DNA from: Thermomicrobiales bacterium
Lineage (GTDB): Bacteria; Chloroflexota; Chloroflexia; Thermomicrobiales; UBA6265
DNA length: 64,000 nt
Assembly (NCBI GenBank): GCA_049840815.1
Contig: JASGJI010000019.1
Coordinates: 401,407-465,406 of the forward strand
Reading direction: 5' to 3'
Shown: positions 43,441 to 52,217 of the stretch, in pieces
Layout: every line of letters begins with the position of its first letter
Numbering within the stretch: the first letter of the stretch is position 1
Notes under the pieces: model-generated
What the model saw: only the letters and a program-made list of their open reading frames with translations
The model's database searches: none
Told to the model about the DNA's origin: nothing
Made by a program: the position numbers and the translations under genes

Positions 43441-44631
43441 ATGACCTTTTCGGCGGACAAGACGGGGTCCAACTACGTGGAACTGACCGAGAGCCGGTTT
43501 GGACGACGCACCTTCACGGTCTCCGCGACGGCGGCTGCCGCGGCGGTGGCGTCTGGCGCATTCGGGATGGGGGCGTTCGCGCAGGAGGCGACGCCGGGCG
43601 CTTCCCCGATCGCCTCGGGTGATGGCTTCAAGGTCGCGTTCATCTACGTTGGCCCGGTCGGCGACCTCGGCTGGACCTACGCGCACGATCAGGGGCGGCT
43701 CTATCTGGAGCAGGTCTTCCCCGGTATCGAGGCTTCGTATTCGGAGAGCGTGCCGGAGACCGGCGCGGATGCCGAGCGCGTGATCCGCGACTATGCGCAG
43801 AAGGGATACAACCTCATCGTCGCGACGTCGTTCGGATTCATGGACGCGACGGTGAACGTGGCGAAGCAGTTCCCGGACACGCAGTTCATCCATATCTCCG
43901 GCTACAAGACGGCCGAGAACCTGAGCACCGCCTTCGGCAAGATCGAGGAGCCGCGGTACGTTTCCGGTCAGTTGGCGGCGACGCTGGCACCGTCTGGCAA
44001 GCTCGGCTATGTCGCGGCCTTCCCGATTCCGGAAGTCATTCGTGGCATCAATGCCTTCACGCTCGGCGTGCGCAAGATCAACCCGGAAGCGACTGTGCAG
44101 GTGGTGTGGACCAACACCTGGTACGACCCGCAGAAGGAGCGGCAGGCGGCAGAGGCGCTGCTGGATGGCGGGGCGGACGTGATCGCCCAGCACCAGGACA
44201 CCGCTGGCCCGCAGCAGGCCGCCGAGGCTGCCGGCAAGTATGGGGTCGGGTACAACGCGGACATGGCGCCGTTGGCCCCGAAGGCGGTCATCACCTGTGC
44301 GATCTGGCATTGGGGTGTCTACTACGCGGGGGCCGTGAAGAGCATCATGGACGGCACCTGGCAGTCAAACTCCTTCTGGGGCGGCTGGAAGGATGGGCTC
44401 GTCGACCTCTCGCCGATCGCCGACTTCGTGGAAGCGACCGAGAAGGAGAATGCGATCGCCGAGGAGCAGTCCTTCAAGGCGGGCGATCAGGACATCTTCA
44501 CGATCTTCACCGGCCCGCTGAACGGGCAGGATGGCTCCGAGAAGGTCGCCGAGGGCACCGCGATGTCGGCCGAGGATCTGCTGGGGATGAACTGGTTCGT
44601 CGAAGGCGTCCAAGGCGAGCTGCCGAGCTAG
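43441..44631 (+). CDS. BMP-family (PnrA-like) ABC transporter substrate-binding protein
   Basis: ORF 43357..44631 trimmed to ATG 43441. It has a Tat-like signal (SRFGRRTFTVSATAAAAAVASG) and FKVAFIYVGPVGDLGWTYAHD. Confidence 0.85.
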   Translation: MTFSADKTGSNYVELTESRFGRRTFTVSATAAAAAVASGAFGMGAFAQEATPGASPIASGDGFKVAFIYVGPVGDLGWTYAHDQGRLYLEQVFPGIEASYSESVPETGADAERVIRDYAQKGYNLIVATSFGFMDATVNVAKQFPDTQFIHISGYKTAENLSTAFGKIEEPRYVSGQLAATLAPSGKLGYVAAFPIPEVIRGINAFTLGVRKINPEATVQVVWTNTWYDPQKERQAAEALLDGGADVIAQHQDTAGPQQAAEAAGKYGVGYNADMAPLAPKAVITCAIWHWGVYYAGAVKSIMDGTWQSNSFWGGWKDGLVDLSPIADFVEATEKENAIAEEQSFKAGDQDIFTIFTGPLNGQDGSEKVAEGTAMSAEDLLGMNWFVEGVQGELPS

Positions 44632-44860
44632 GCCGGGACCGCGCGTCGGGATGTCGTCGCGCGGGCCGTCGGCCAGATGCGGCGGTCGCGTCAGGCAGAT
44701 TGGTTCGGTGGGCCACGTCGGGCGGCCACAAGTGCCGCATCTACGAGGGTGATTGCCGTCGTCGTGAAGGCGGTGACACGGACGGTCGCGGGAATCGATT
44801 CCCGGCGACCGTCCGCCGTTCCGGGGGATTGGCTGGCGGCAACGTCAGGGAGAGGTGAGG

Positions 44861-46480
44861 ATGGCGGGTGCGCCAGCAGCGTCCGACGCGTCGGGCGGCG
44901 AGGCGATCGGACTTTATGGCGTGACGAAGCGGTTCGGCCCGGTGGTGGCGAACCGCGATGTCACGTTCTCGGCGAGCTGGGGCGAGGTTCACGCGCTGGT
45001 TGGCGAGAACGGAGCCGGCAAATCGACCCTGATGAGCATCCTGGCCGGGCTGTACCGTCCCGATGCCGGGGTGGTGCGCATCGATGGCGCGCCGGTCGAG
45101 TTCCGATCGCCGGGCGATGCGCGCGCGGCGGGGGTGGGGATGGTCTACCAGCACTTCATGCTGGTGGAATCGTTCACCGTTACCGAGAACGTGATGCTTG
45201 GCGATGCTGCCTCCGGGTTGCGACTCGATACGGCGGCGGTCGAGGCCGACCTGCGTCGGCTGAGCGTCGAATACGGGCTGGACATCGATCCGCGAGCCCA
45301 TATCTGGCAGCTTTCCGTGGGAGAGCGACAGCGTGTGGAGATCGTGCGCTCGCTGCACCAGGGGGCGCGCATCCTCGTGCTGGACGAGCCGACCGCCGTG
45401 CTGACGCCGGGCGAATCCGACCAGCTGATCGCAACCTTGCGGGGGATGGCCGCCCGAGGGTTCTGCATCATCTTCATCTCCCACAAGCTGGATGAGGTGT
45501 TGACCGTTGCCGATCGCATCTCCGTGCTCCGGCGTGGCGAACTGATCGGGACGGTTGCCAGCGCCGTGACGACGCGCCGCGATCTTGCCCGGATGATGGT
45601 CGGGCGCGAACTTGCGGCGTCGTTGCTTGATGAGGGGGAGGCGCCGCCACATCCCACCGGGCCGGTCGTGCTCGCGGTGGAAGACCTCTCGGCGAATGGC
45701 GACAAGGGCCTGTCCGCGCTGCGGCATGTCTCCTTCGCGATCCGGTCCGGGGAGACGTTGGGCGTTGCAGGTGTGGCCGGAAACGGTCAGCGCGAGCTCG
45801 GCGAGGTGATCGCCGGCATGCGGAAGGCCACCACCGGACAGGTTCGCCTCGGGGAGCGTGACCTGACGAACCGCCATCCGCGCGAGGTCGCGGCGGCGGG
45901 GGTCGCGCATGTCCCGGAGGATCGTCTCGGCACTGGCCTCGCGCCGACGCTGGAGGTGGAGCAGAACGCGATCCTCCGGGCGTATGAGGCGAAGCCGCTC
46001 GCCCGTGGCTCGTTCCTCGTGTCCACGGCCATCGGTCGCTTTACCGACGACCTGGTGGAGCAGTACGACGTGAAGACGCCGAGCCGCTCGACGCCGGTGC
46101 GCGATCTCTCGGGAGGCAATCAGCAGAAGTTGCTGATTGCGCGGGAGCTGGCGGGCGAGCCGGCGGCCATCGTCGCGGTGCATCCGACGCGGGGAGTCGA
46201 CGTCGGGGCGGCGGAACTGATCCACAATGTGCTGCGAGCCCAGCGGGAGCGCGGCGCGGCGACGTTGCTCGTCTCGGAGGATCTGGAGGAACTGCTTGCC
46301 CTTTGCGATCGTATCCTCGTGCTGTCGGAGGGACAGGTGATGGGGGTCGTGCGGGCGCATGGGGCGGATATCGAGGTGATCGGGGAAATGATGGCGGGCA
46401 CATCGCTGGCGACGATCGAGGCGACCAGCGGCGCCGTTGGTGAGGCCTCTGCGGCGAAGGGGGCGGATGCGAATGGCTAG
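44861..46480 (+). CDS. ABC transporter ATP-binding protein, duplicated ATPase (sugar/nucleoside type)
   Basis: ORF 44855..46480. It has two NBDs (GENGAGKST, LSVGERQR; LSGGNQQK). Confidence 0.9.
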   Translation: MAGAPAASDASGGEAIGLYGVTKRFGPVVANRDVTFSASWGEVHALVGENGAGKSTLMSILAGLYRPDAGVVRIDGAPVEFRSPGDARAAGVGMVYQHFMLVESFTVTENVMLGDAASGLRLDTAAVEADLRRLSVEYGLDIDPRAHIWQLSVGERQRVEIVRSLHQGARILVLDEPTAVLTPGESDQLIATLRGMAARGFCIIFISHKLDEVLTVADRISVLRRGELIGTVASAVTTRRDLARMMVGRELAASLLDEGEAPPHPTGPVVLAVEDLSANGDKGLSALRHVSFAIRSGETLGVAGVAGNGQRELGEVIAGMRKATTGQVRLGERDLTNRHPREVAAAGVAHVPEDRLGTGLAPTLEVEQNAILRAYEAKPLARGSFLVSTAIGRFTDDLVEQYDVKTPSRSTPVRDLSGGNQQKLLIARELAGEPAAIVAVHPTRGVDVGAAELIHNVLRAQRERGAATLLVSEDLEELLALCDRILVLSEGQVMGVVRAHGADIEVIGEMMAGTSLATIEATSGAVGEASAAKGADANG

Positions 46481-47612
46481 GGCAACGGCGCCGCTCGCGT
46501 CGCGGGGGCCGTCGCGGCGGTGGAAGCTGGAGCGCGTGCAGCGTCCGACCGTGCTGGCGCAGGCGGTGGTGACGGTTGCGAGTGTCCTGCTTGGGCTGGT
46601 GCTCGGAGGGATCATCATGATCCTCGCCGGGGAGAACCCGATCGAGGTGTACAAGGCGATGTACACCGGCGCGTTCTCCGGCGAGTACAACCTCTCCGAG
46701 ACGTTGGTGAAGATGATCCCGCTGCTGCTGACCGGTCTCGGCGTGTCGATCGCCTTCCGGATGCAGCTGTGGAACATCGGCGCGGAGGGACAGTTCTACT
46801 TCGGCGCGATCTTCGCGACCGGGGTGGCGATCTTCTGGCTGCCGAATGCGGGTCCGTGGCTGGTGATTCCCGCGATGATGGTCGCCGGGATGCTCGGCGG
46901 GGCCTTGTGGGCGGCGATTCCGGGCGCGTTGCGCGGGTACCTCGGCGTCAACGAGACGATCACGACGTTGATGATGAACTACATCGCGATCCTGATCTCC
47001 GAATACCTGGTCCATGGGCCATGGCGCGATCCAAAGGGCTTCGGGTTCCCTGGCACCGAGTCGTTCTCCGACGCAACCTACCTGCCGACGTGGGGCACGA
47101 CGCGCGTGCATCTGGGCCTCGTCTTCGGCCTCGTTGCGGCGGTGGTGCTGACGGTCGTCTTCCGGCGCACGCGCTGGGGGTACGAGATCGGCGTCACTGG
47201 GGCCAGCGAGCGGGTCGCGAAGTATGCCGGGATGCGGACTGCCCGCAATATCGTGCTGGTGCTGGCTTTCAGCGGCGCGTTGGCAGGCCTCGCGGGCATG
47301 GCGGAAGTCGCCGGGATCAATCATTCGCTGCAACGCGGTCTTTCACCGGGTTACGGCTACACGGCGATCATCGTGGCGTGGCTGGGGCGGCTGAATCCGT
47401 TCGGGATCGTGGTCGTCTCGTTCCTGCTGGCCGGACTGCTGGTTGGTGGCGATCAGTTGCAGATCACGCTCGGGCTGCCCTCGGCGATCGCGCCGATGTT
47501 GCAGGGCGTGATCCTCTTCTGCCTGCTGGCGGGGGACTTCTTCACGCGCTATCGTGTCGCCCGCGTCCAGCCGGTTGTGCCCGCGTCGACCGCTGGGGAG
47601 GTGGCGGCATGA
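46467..47612 (+). CDS. ABC transporter permease
   Basis: ORF 46437..47612, multi-TM. The start is ATG 46467 or 46473; either overlaps the ATPase gene end. Confidence 0.85.
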   Translation: MRMARATAPLASRGPSRRWKLERVQRPTVLAQAVVTVASVLLGLVLGGIIMILAGENPIEVYKAMYTGAFSGEYNLSETLVKMIPLLLTGLGVSIAFRMQLWNIGAEGQFYFGAIFATGVAIFWLPNAGPWLVIPAMMVAGMLGGALWAAIPGALRGYLGVNETITTLMMNYIAILISEYLVHGPWRDPKGFGFPGTESFSDATYLPTWGTTRVHLGLVFGLVAAVVLTVVFRRTRWGYEIGVTGASERVAKYAGMRTARNIVLVLAFSGALAGLAGMAEVAGINHSLQRGLSPGYGYTAIIVAWLGRLNPFGIVVVSFLLAGLLVGGDQLQITLGLPSAIAPMLQGVILFCLLAGDFFTRYRVARVQPVVPASTAGEVAA

Positions 47613-48553
47613 GCGAGGTTCTGACGCTCGGCTTCATCACCTCGGTGCTGGCGGCGGCGGTCGCGTCTGGCGCGGCCCTGCTCTATGCGGCGCTCGGGGA
47701 GACGCTGGCCGAACGCTCCGGCGTGCTCAATCTCGGTGTCGAGGGCATGATGCTGATGGGGGCGCTGGCCGGATTCGCGGCCTGCACCTGGTCCGGTAGC
47801 GCCTGGATCGGCGTCCTCGGGGCGATCGTGGCGGGCGGCGCGATGGCGCTGATTCACGCGGTGCTGACGGTCTCATTCCAGGCGAATCAGGTGGTGAGCG
47901 GTCTGGCCCTGACGCTGTTCGGACAGGGGCTTACGGCCTATCTTGGCTCCTCCTCCGTGGGGAAGGCGCCGCCGGAATCCTTCACGAAGCTGGCGATTCC
48001 GGTGCTGAGCGACATTCCGCGACTTGGCACGATCCTGTTCAGGCAAGATGCGCTGGTCTATCTCGGCTACGTGACGGTGCCGCTGATCTGGTGGTTCGTC
48101 TACCGGACGCGACCGGGGCTGAAGCTTCGAGCGGTGGGAGAGAACCCCGCGACGGCTGATGCGATGGGCATCGACGTGGCGCGCATGCGATATGCCTATG
48201 TCGTGATCGGTGGCGCGTTCGCCGGGCTGGGTGGTGCGGTGATCTCGCTGGCGACGAATCCCGGCTGGTCGGAGAACATGACTGCCGGACGCGGCTGGAT
48301 CGCGGTGGCGCTGGTGATCTTCGGCATGTGGAATCCGGCCCGGGTGGCCGCCGGGGCGCTGCTCTTCGGGGCGGTGGAGGCCGCGCAGTTCCGCCTGCAG
48401 GGGGTGAACGTGCCGATCTCGTCATTCTTCCTGAACATGCTGCCCTATGTCTTTACGATCGTTGTCCTGGTCTTCGCGACGCAGCAGTCGCGGGCGAAGC
48501 GGCTCGGTTCACCCGCGGCGCTTGGCAAGCCCTACGTCCGCGAGGAACGCTGA
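47609..48553 (+). CDS. ABC transporter permease
   Basis: C-terminal 314 codons of ORF 46520..48553, from ATG 47609 (ATGA overlap with the previous stop; GGAGG upstream): MSEVLTLGFITSVLAAAV... Confidence 0.85.
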   Translation: MSEVLTLGFITSVLAAAVASGAALLYAALGETLAERSGVLNLGVEGMMLMGALAGFAACTWSGSAWIGVLGAIVAGGAMALIHAVLTVSFQANQVVSGLALTLFGQGLTAYLGSSSVGKAPPESFTKLAIPVLSDIPRLGTILFRQDALVYLGYVTVPLIWWFVYRTRPGLKLRAVGENPATADAMGIDVARMRYAYVVIGGAFAGLGGAVISLATNPGWSENMTAGRGWIAVALVIFGMWNPARVAAGALLFGAVEAAQFRLQGVNVPISSFFLNMLPYVFTIVVLVFATQQSRAKRLGSPAALGKPYVREER

Positions 48554-48599
48554 CCGCGCCCTGACCCTGGCCGACGACGGATCGAGTCTAGTCCCTCTC

Positions 48600-49511
48600 A
48601 TGAATGGAATCGCTGGCATGCCCGAATCGCTCCCCCGTTACGAACGTCCGAAAGAGGCTCCTCCCGCTCCGGTCGTGCTCGATCCCGATACCGTGATTCC
48701 GGCATCCTCGCTCGAGGATGCGCTCGCCGACTCGACGCTTTCGGAGGGCGGCAAGGCCCTGACACGCGGGTTGATCCAGCTCGGACGCACGGCGATCTTT
48801 GGTGGCGGTGGCGCGGGCATCGAATACGGGAGCCTGCTGAAGACGGCGGCGCGACCCGACTACATCGCGGCACACGTGCACGAGGTGGGAGAGCACCTGC
48901 GCGAGCGGCAGGTGGACATGCTGATGGTGCCGGGGATGTCCGGCTATCCAGTCGGGGCCATGTATTCGGTGGTCTCGGGAGTGCCAGCGGTGTTGCTCAA
49001 GAAGCAGCGGCATGAGCGGACGGTGCCGGAGGGAGGGTACCCGCCGGGGGCATTCGTGATCCCCTCGTACACGGGCGATGCCGATGTGCTGATCAGTGCG
49101 GACCTCGCCTCCGTGCAGGATATCGTCGATACCGTTCTCCGGGCGCAACTGGAGGCCCAGCGGGAAGGGGATCACCTCGCATTCTCGCTGCGGGTGGCCG
49201 GGGCGGACGACATCATCGACAAGGCGACTATGAGCCAGGCGGTGAGCGATAGCGCGTTGATCGTCGGGAAGGCGGCGATCCGGGACTTCGTGGAGCGGTA
49301 TCGGCAGGAGTCCGGTGACGGACGACCTGTCTCGGACACGGTGGACGTGGTCGCCTGGGTGACGCCGCTGATCAAGGGGTACAACCGCCCGCACGAGCAG
49401 CTCCAGCGCTGGTTCGGGATCACGCCATTCGCCGGGGTGAACGTGACCAGCGTCCATCTCGATCCGCCCGCGATCGGCATCGAGGGATTGGGGATCGTCG
49501 CCTTCCGGTGA
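48600..49511 (+). CDS. hypothetical protein, weak phosphoribosyltransferase-like features
   Basis: ORF 48447..49511 trimmed to ATG 48600. VDMLMVPGMSGYPVGAMYSVVSGVPAVLLKK resembles the PRTase hood/flexible-loop region. There is no clear acidic PRPP motif. Confidence 0.5.
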   Translation: MNGIAGMPESLPRYERPKEAPPAPVVLDPDTVIPASSLEDALADSTLSEGGKALTRGLIQLGRTAIFGGGGAGIEYGSLLKTAARPDYIAAHVHEVGEHLRERQVDMLMVPGMSGYPVGAMYSVVSGVPAVLLKKQRHERTVPEGGYPPGAFVIPSYTGDADVLISADLASVQDIVDTVLRAQLEAQREGDHLAFSLRVAGADDIIDKATMSQAVSDSALIVGKAAIRDFVERYRQESGDGRPVSDTVDVVAWVTPLIKGYNRPHEQLQRWFGITPFAGVNVTSVHLDPPAIGIEGLGIVAFR

Positions 49512-49636
49512 CGCCTCGCGGGCTTGCGTGATGCCGAATCCAGATGGCCAGCGGGTGACTGGATGCCGGGCTTGTCGGGCGGTGAGACTGGCCCGCGACA
49601 CGATCGTTCAGCGTTGCTTGGTGGATCACCTCGCCT

Positions 49637-49841
49637 ACCTTGACGCTGCATGGCGGCCCGCTTCCCGGGAGCGATCTCCGATCCAAAGAGACTTGGCGAG
49701 AGAACCGCGCAGTGGATCGTCTCGCTCTGCCTGGCATGAGGGATGGATGCTTGGGCCGGACCGACACGGGGTCGGTCTCTACGTACGCACGCTTGTAGGG
49801 GCCGACATCGTGTCGGTCCGGCCGCCATGCAGCATCAAGGT
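49637..49841. repeat. 205-bp element bounded by 22-nt inverted repeats (21/22) and containing two GGACCGAC/GTAGGG palindromic units
   Basis: ACCTTGACGCTGCATGGCGGCC (49637-49658) matches the reverse complement of 49820-49841. The internal units lie at 49758-49819. Confidence 0.55.
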
Positions 49842-50002
49842 ATGCGAAACGGGCCGTTCCTGCTCGGTTGCGGAGCAGAATCCCTGCACGGAGCGATCCC
49901 CCTTCCGGCGAAGCCGGAACCCGGTGTCGGCATGGACGACGCCTGAACTGCCGCATCGTTTGGCGGAGTTGTGAGACGAACGCCGGTCGCGCGGGGACTG
50001 AA

Positions 50003-51277
50003 CTACGCCGTGCTTTCGATGATCTCGCGTACCAGCTCATCCGCTGCTTCGATGCCCGACTTGCCGCCGATGGTGCCTTCCACGGCGACGAAGATTGCGA
50101 TGCCTGGACCGCGCATCTGACAACTCGTGGAGCCGGCCGGGAGCGTGGAGAGTTTCGTCAGGCCCGCCGTGCGATTCACGATGTCGCAACCGGGCGGGTT
50201 CGGGAGTGATGAGTAGGCGGTATTGGCCGAGTAATCCGTGTCCCAACTTCCCATGAACGCCGTCTGTACGGCGAACATGCCGTCCTCCACCTGGTTGGTA
50301 GGGACGTTGGAGACGACGAGCGGCAGCAGGATCACGATTGCCCGCGAGCCGTCCGGTCCGACGTAGATGGCGCTGCGACCGTCGCCGGGAAAGATGCGGG
50401 CATCGATCGCGTTCAGCCCCGGGGAGACCGCTTGTGCATCCCCATGCCGAACCTCGGACCAGCCGGTGCCAAGCGCATCCGGTGCCGGCATCATGGCCAG
50501 CAGGTCGCGGTCGGAGACGACGGTGCCGGAACTGTTGATCGTGCCATCGGGCGCGGTAGACCCCGCCTCGACGGTGATGCTTCCCTGCATGCCTTTGTCC
50601 CGATGACCGGGAACCGAGCAGTAGAAGGTGAAGGTGCTGCCTGGCTCGATGTTGCCGGGGACGCGGACGATCGTTGTCTCACCGGGAGCGACCGTAACAT
50701 TCATGTTCCATTCGTCCACGACGAAGTGATGTTCCAGCACGCCGGTATTGACGAGCTGGAGAAAGGACCCCGCCGGTGCTGTCAGCGTCGCCGGGGTGAA
50801 GGTGAAATCGTCGCTGAGCGTGAGGGTTGCCGAGTCGCGCGATGCCGTTGGGGTGGCATCGGCGATGGCATCATCGGGCGAGACGATGGTGATGGTGCCC
50901 TGTTGACCCTGCCGTCGATGATTCCCGACGGAACAGAAGAAGGTGAAGGTATCGCCGATCTCGACATCATCGGGGACGGTGACGGTCACCGTCTCCAGGC
51001 TTGGCAGATCGACGGATATGCCCCATTCGGCGACGGTGAAGGTATGCGGATCGATTCCTCGGTTGGTGACGTCGATGGTCTGTCCCGGCGCGAGCCGGAG
51101 CGAGGAGAGCGACCACTGGGCGGGGTCGAGGGCATCCAGTTGGACCACCGGCAGCGCGGACGATGCTGCGCGTGCCATCGACGGAGCGCTGGGGAGGCTG
51201 AGCGGGAGCAAGGAGAGAAGCAGCGCGACCAGCAGGGCGATCCGGGAATGCGTCGGCGTGGTGGGAGATTGGGGCAT
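50003..51277 (-). CDS. secreted two-domain cupredoxin (type-1 copper) protein with unknown C-terminal domain
   Basis: ORF 50003..51277, with a signal peptide. It has two FTF[FY]CSV..H....[QM]QG.IT[IV] copper-site motifs. Confidence 0.8.
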   Translation of the reverse strand: MPQSPTTPTHSRIALLVALLLSLLPLSLPSAPSMARAASSALPVVQLDALDPAQWSLSSLRLAPGQTIDVTNRGIDPHTFTVAEWGISVDLPSLETVTVTVPDDVEIGDTFTFFCSVGNHRRQGQQGTITIVSPDDAIADATPTASRDSATLTLSDDFTFTPATLTAPAGSFLQLVNTGVLEHHFVVDEWNMNVTVAPGETTIVRVPGNIEPGSTFTFYCSVPGHRDKGMQGSITVEAGSTAPDGTINSSGTVVSDRDLLAMMPAPDALGTGWSEVRHGDAQAVSPGLNAIDARIFPGDGRSAIYVGPDGSRAIVILLPLVVSNVPTNQVEDGMFAVQTAFMGSWDTDYSANTAYSSLPNPPGCDIVNRTAGLTKLSTLPAGSTSCQMRGPGIAIFVAVEGTIGGKSGIEAADELVREIIESTA

Positions 51278-51352
51278 GAATCATGTCCTGGCCGGAACGC
51301 GGGGCGTCGCAGGCGGCCCGGCATGAGCGCGGTGGTGGCTATCCGGCGGCGA

Positions 51353-51805
51353 TCAGTAGGTATCGAGGCGCTGGAGCTTGCAGTAGGCGATGGCCATGCG
51401 GAGGACGGTGCGGACCTCATTCTTGGCGGCGGCGGAGAGCCGGGTATCGCCAAGGATCTGCGCCAGCTCGACGAGCAGGGGATCATCCCACAGTTCGGAG
51501 CGGAATCCGGCGGAGGCCAGCAGGCGGTCGCGATCGGAGACGGGGAGCGCCATGGCGTTCGCCAGCTGGATAACCGTATCGCGCTCCGGGGTGCGTGCTC
51601 CCTGCTCGAAGCGGGTGATGGAACTGGGGTCGAAGTGAGCGCGCTTGGCGAGATCGGCCTTGGTCCAGCCGCGCTCGATCCGGAGGCGTTGCAGAAGCTC
51701 GGCGAAGGAGAGATCCCCGGATGCAGGCGTGCCGCCGGGGATGTCGATCTCGGGCATCACCTGGCGTTCGACGATGTCCCTCTGGCTCAGTACGCGGTCG
51801 TCCAT
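51353..51805 (-). CDS. XRE-family helix-turn-helix transcriptional regulator
   Basis: ORF 51353..51805. FAELLQRLRIERGWTKADLAKRAHFDPSSITRFEQGARTP is an HTH_3-type motif. Confidence 0.8.
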   Translation of the reverse strand: MDDRVLSQRDIVERQVMPEIDIPGGTPASGDLSFAELLQRLRIERGWTKADLAKRAHFDPSSITRFEQGARTPERDTVIQLANAMALPVSDRDRLLASAGFRSELWDDPLLVELAQILGDTRLSAAAKNEVRTVLRMAIAYCKLQRLDTY

Positions 51806-52217
51806 GGCGCGGCGGTTCCCCTGCGGTAGTCGGTCGTGGCGATTGTCCAGTGACGCGGCGGGCGTGGAGTCGAATCGGGCGTCGGTGGCGAGTCGTGTGG
51901 AGTTGCCTTGCCGTCAAGATACCCCATCGCGTCGCATTCGGCACGGATGGGGAGTGAGCCGGCAGCAAAGAGGAAAGAGCGGCACGCGCGGACCGAGCGT
52001 TTCGGAGAGATCACCGATTCCATTCGTCCCTCCTCTTTTCCCATTTCTTTCGGCTCTTTTCTCGTGGAGGGGGTGTGTCGAAAAGGCACGCGTTGCGCGG
52101 ACGATGCCGGGGCCGCACAATGAATCGAATCGAGTCGCATTCCTGTCAGGATGGGTGGCAGCGAGTTCCGGGGGGACCTCTGGTCACAGGGCCGGGCCGC
52201 GGGGGAGCAGAACGACA

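Noticed and set aside
51806-52217. Purine, xanthine (NMT1) or ZTP riboswitch upstream of the NCS2 permease
   Set aside because: I recognised no match to the purine riboswitch core or to other motifs I can recall. The region is a divergent promoter shared with the XRE gene. It would need an Rfam scan.
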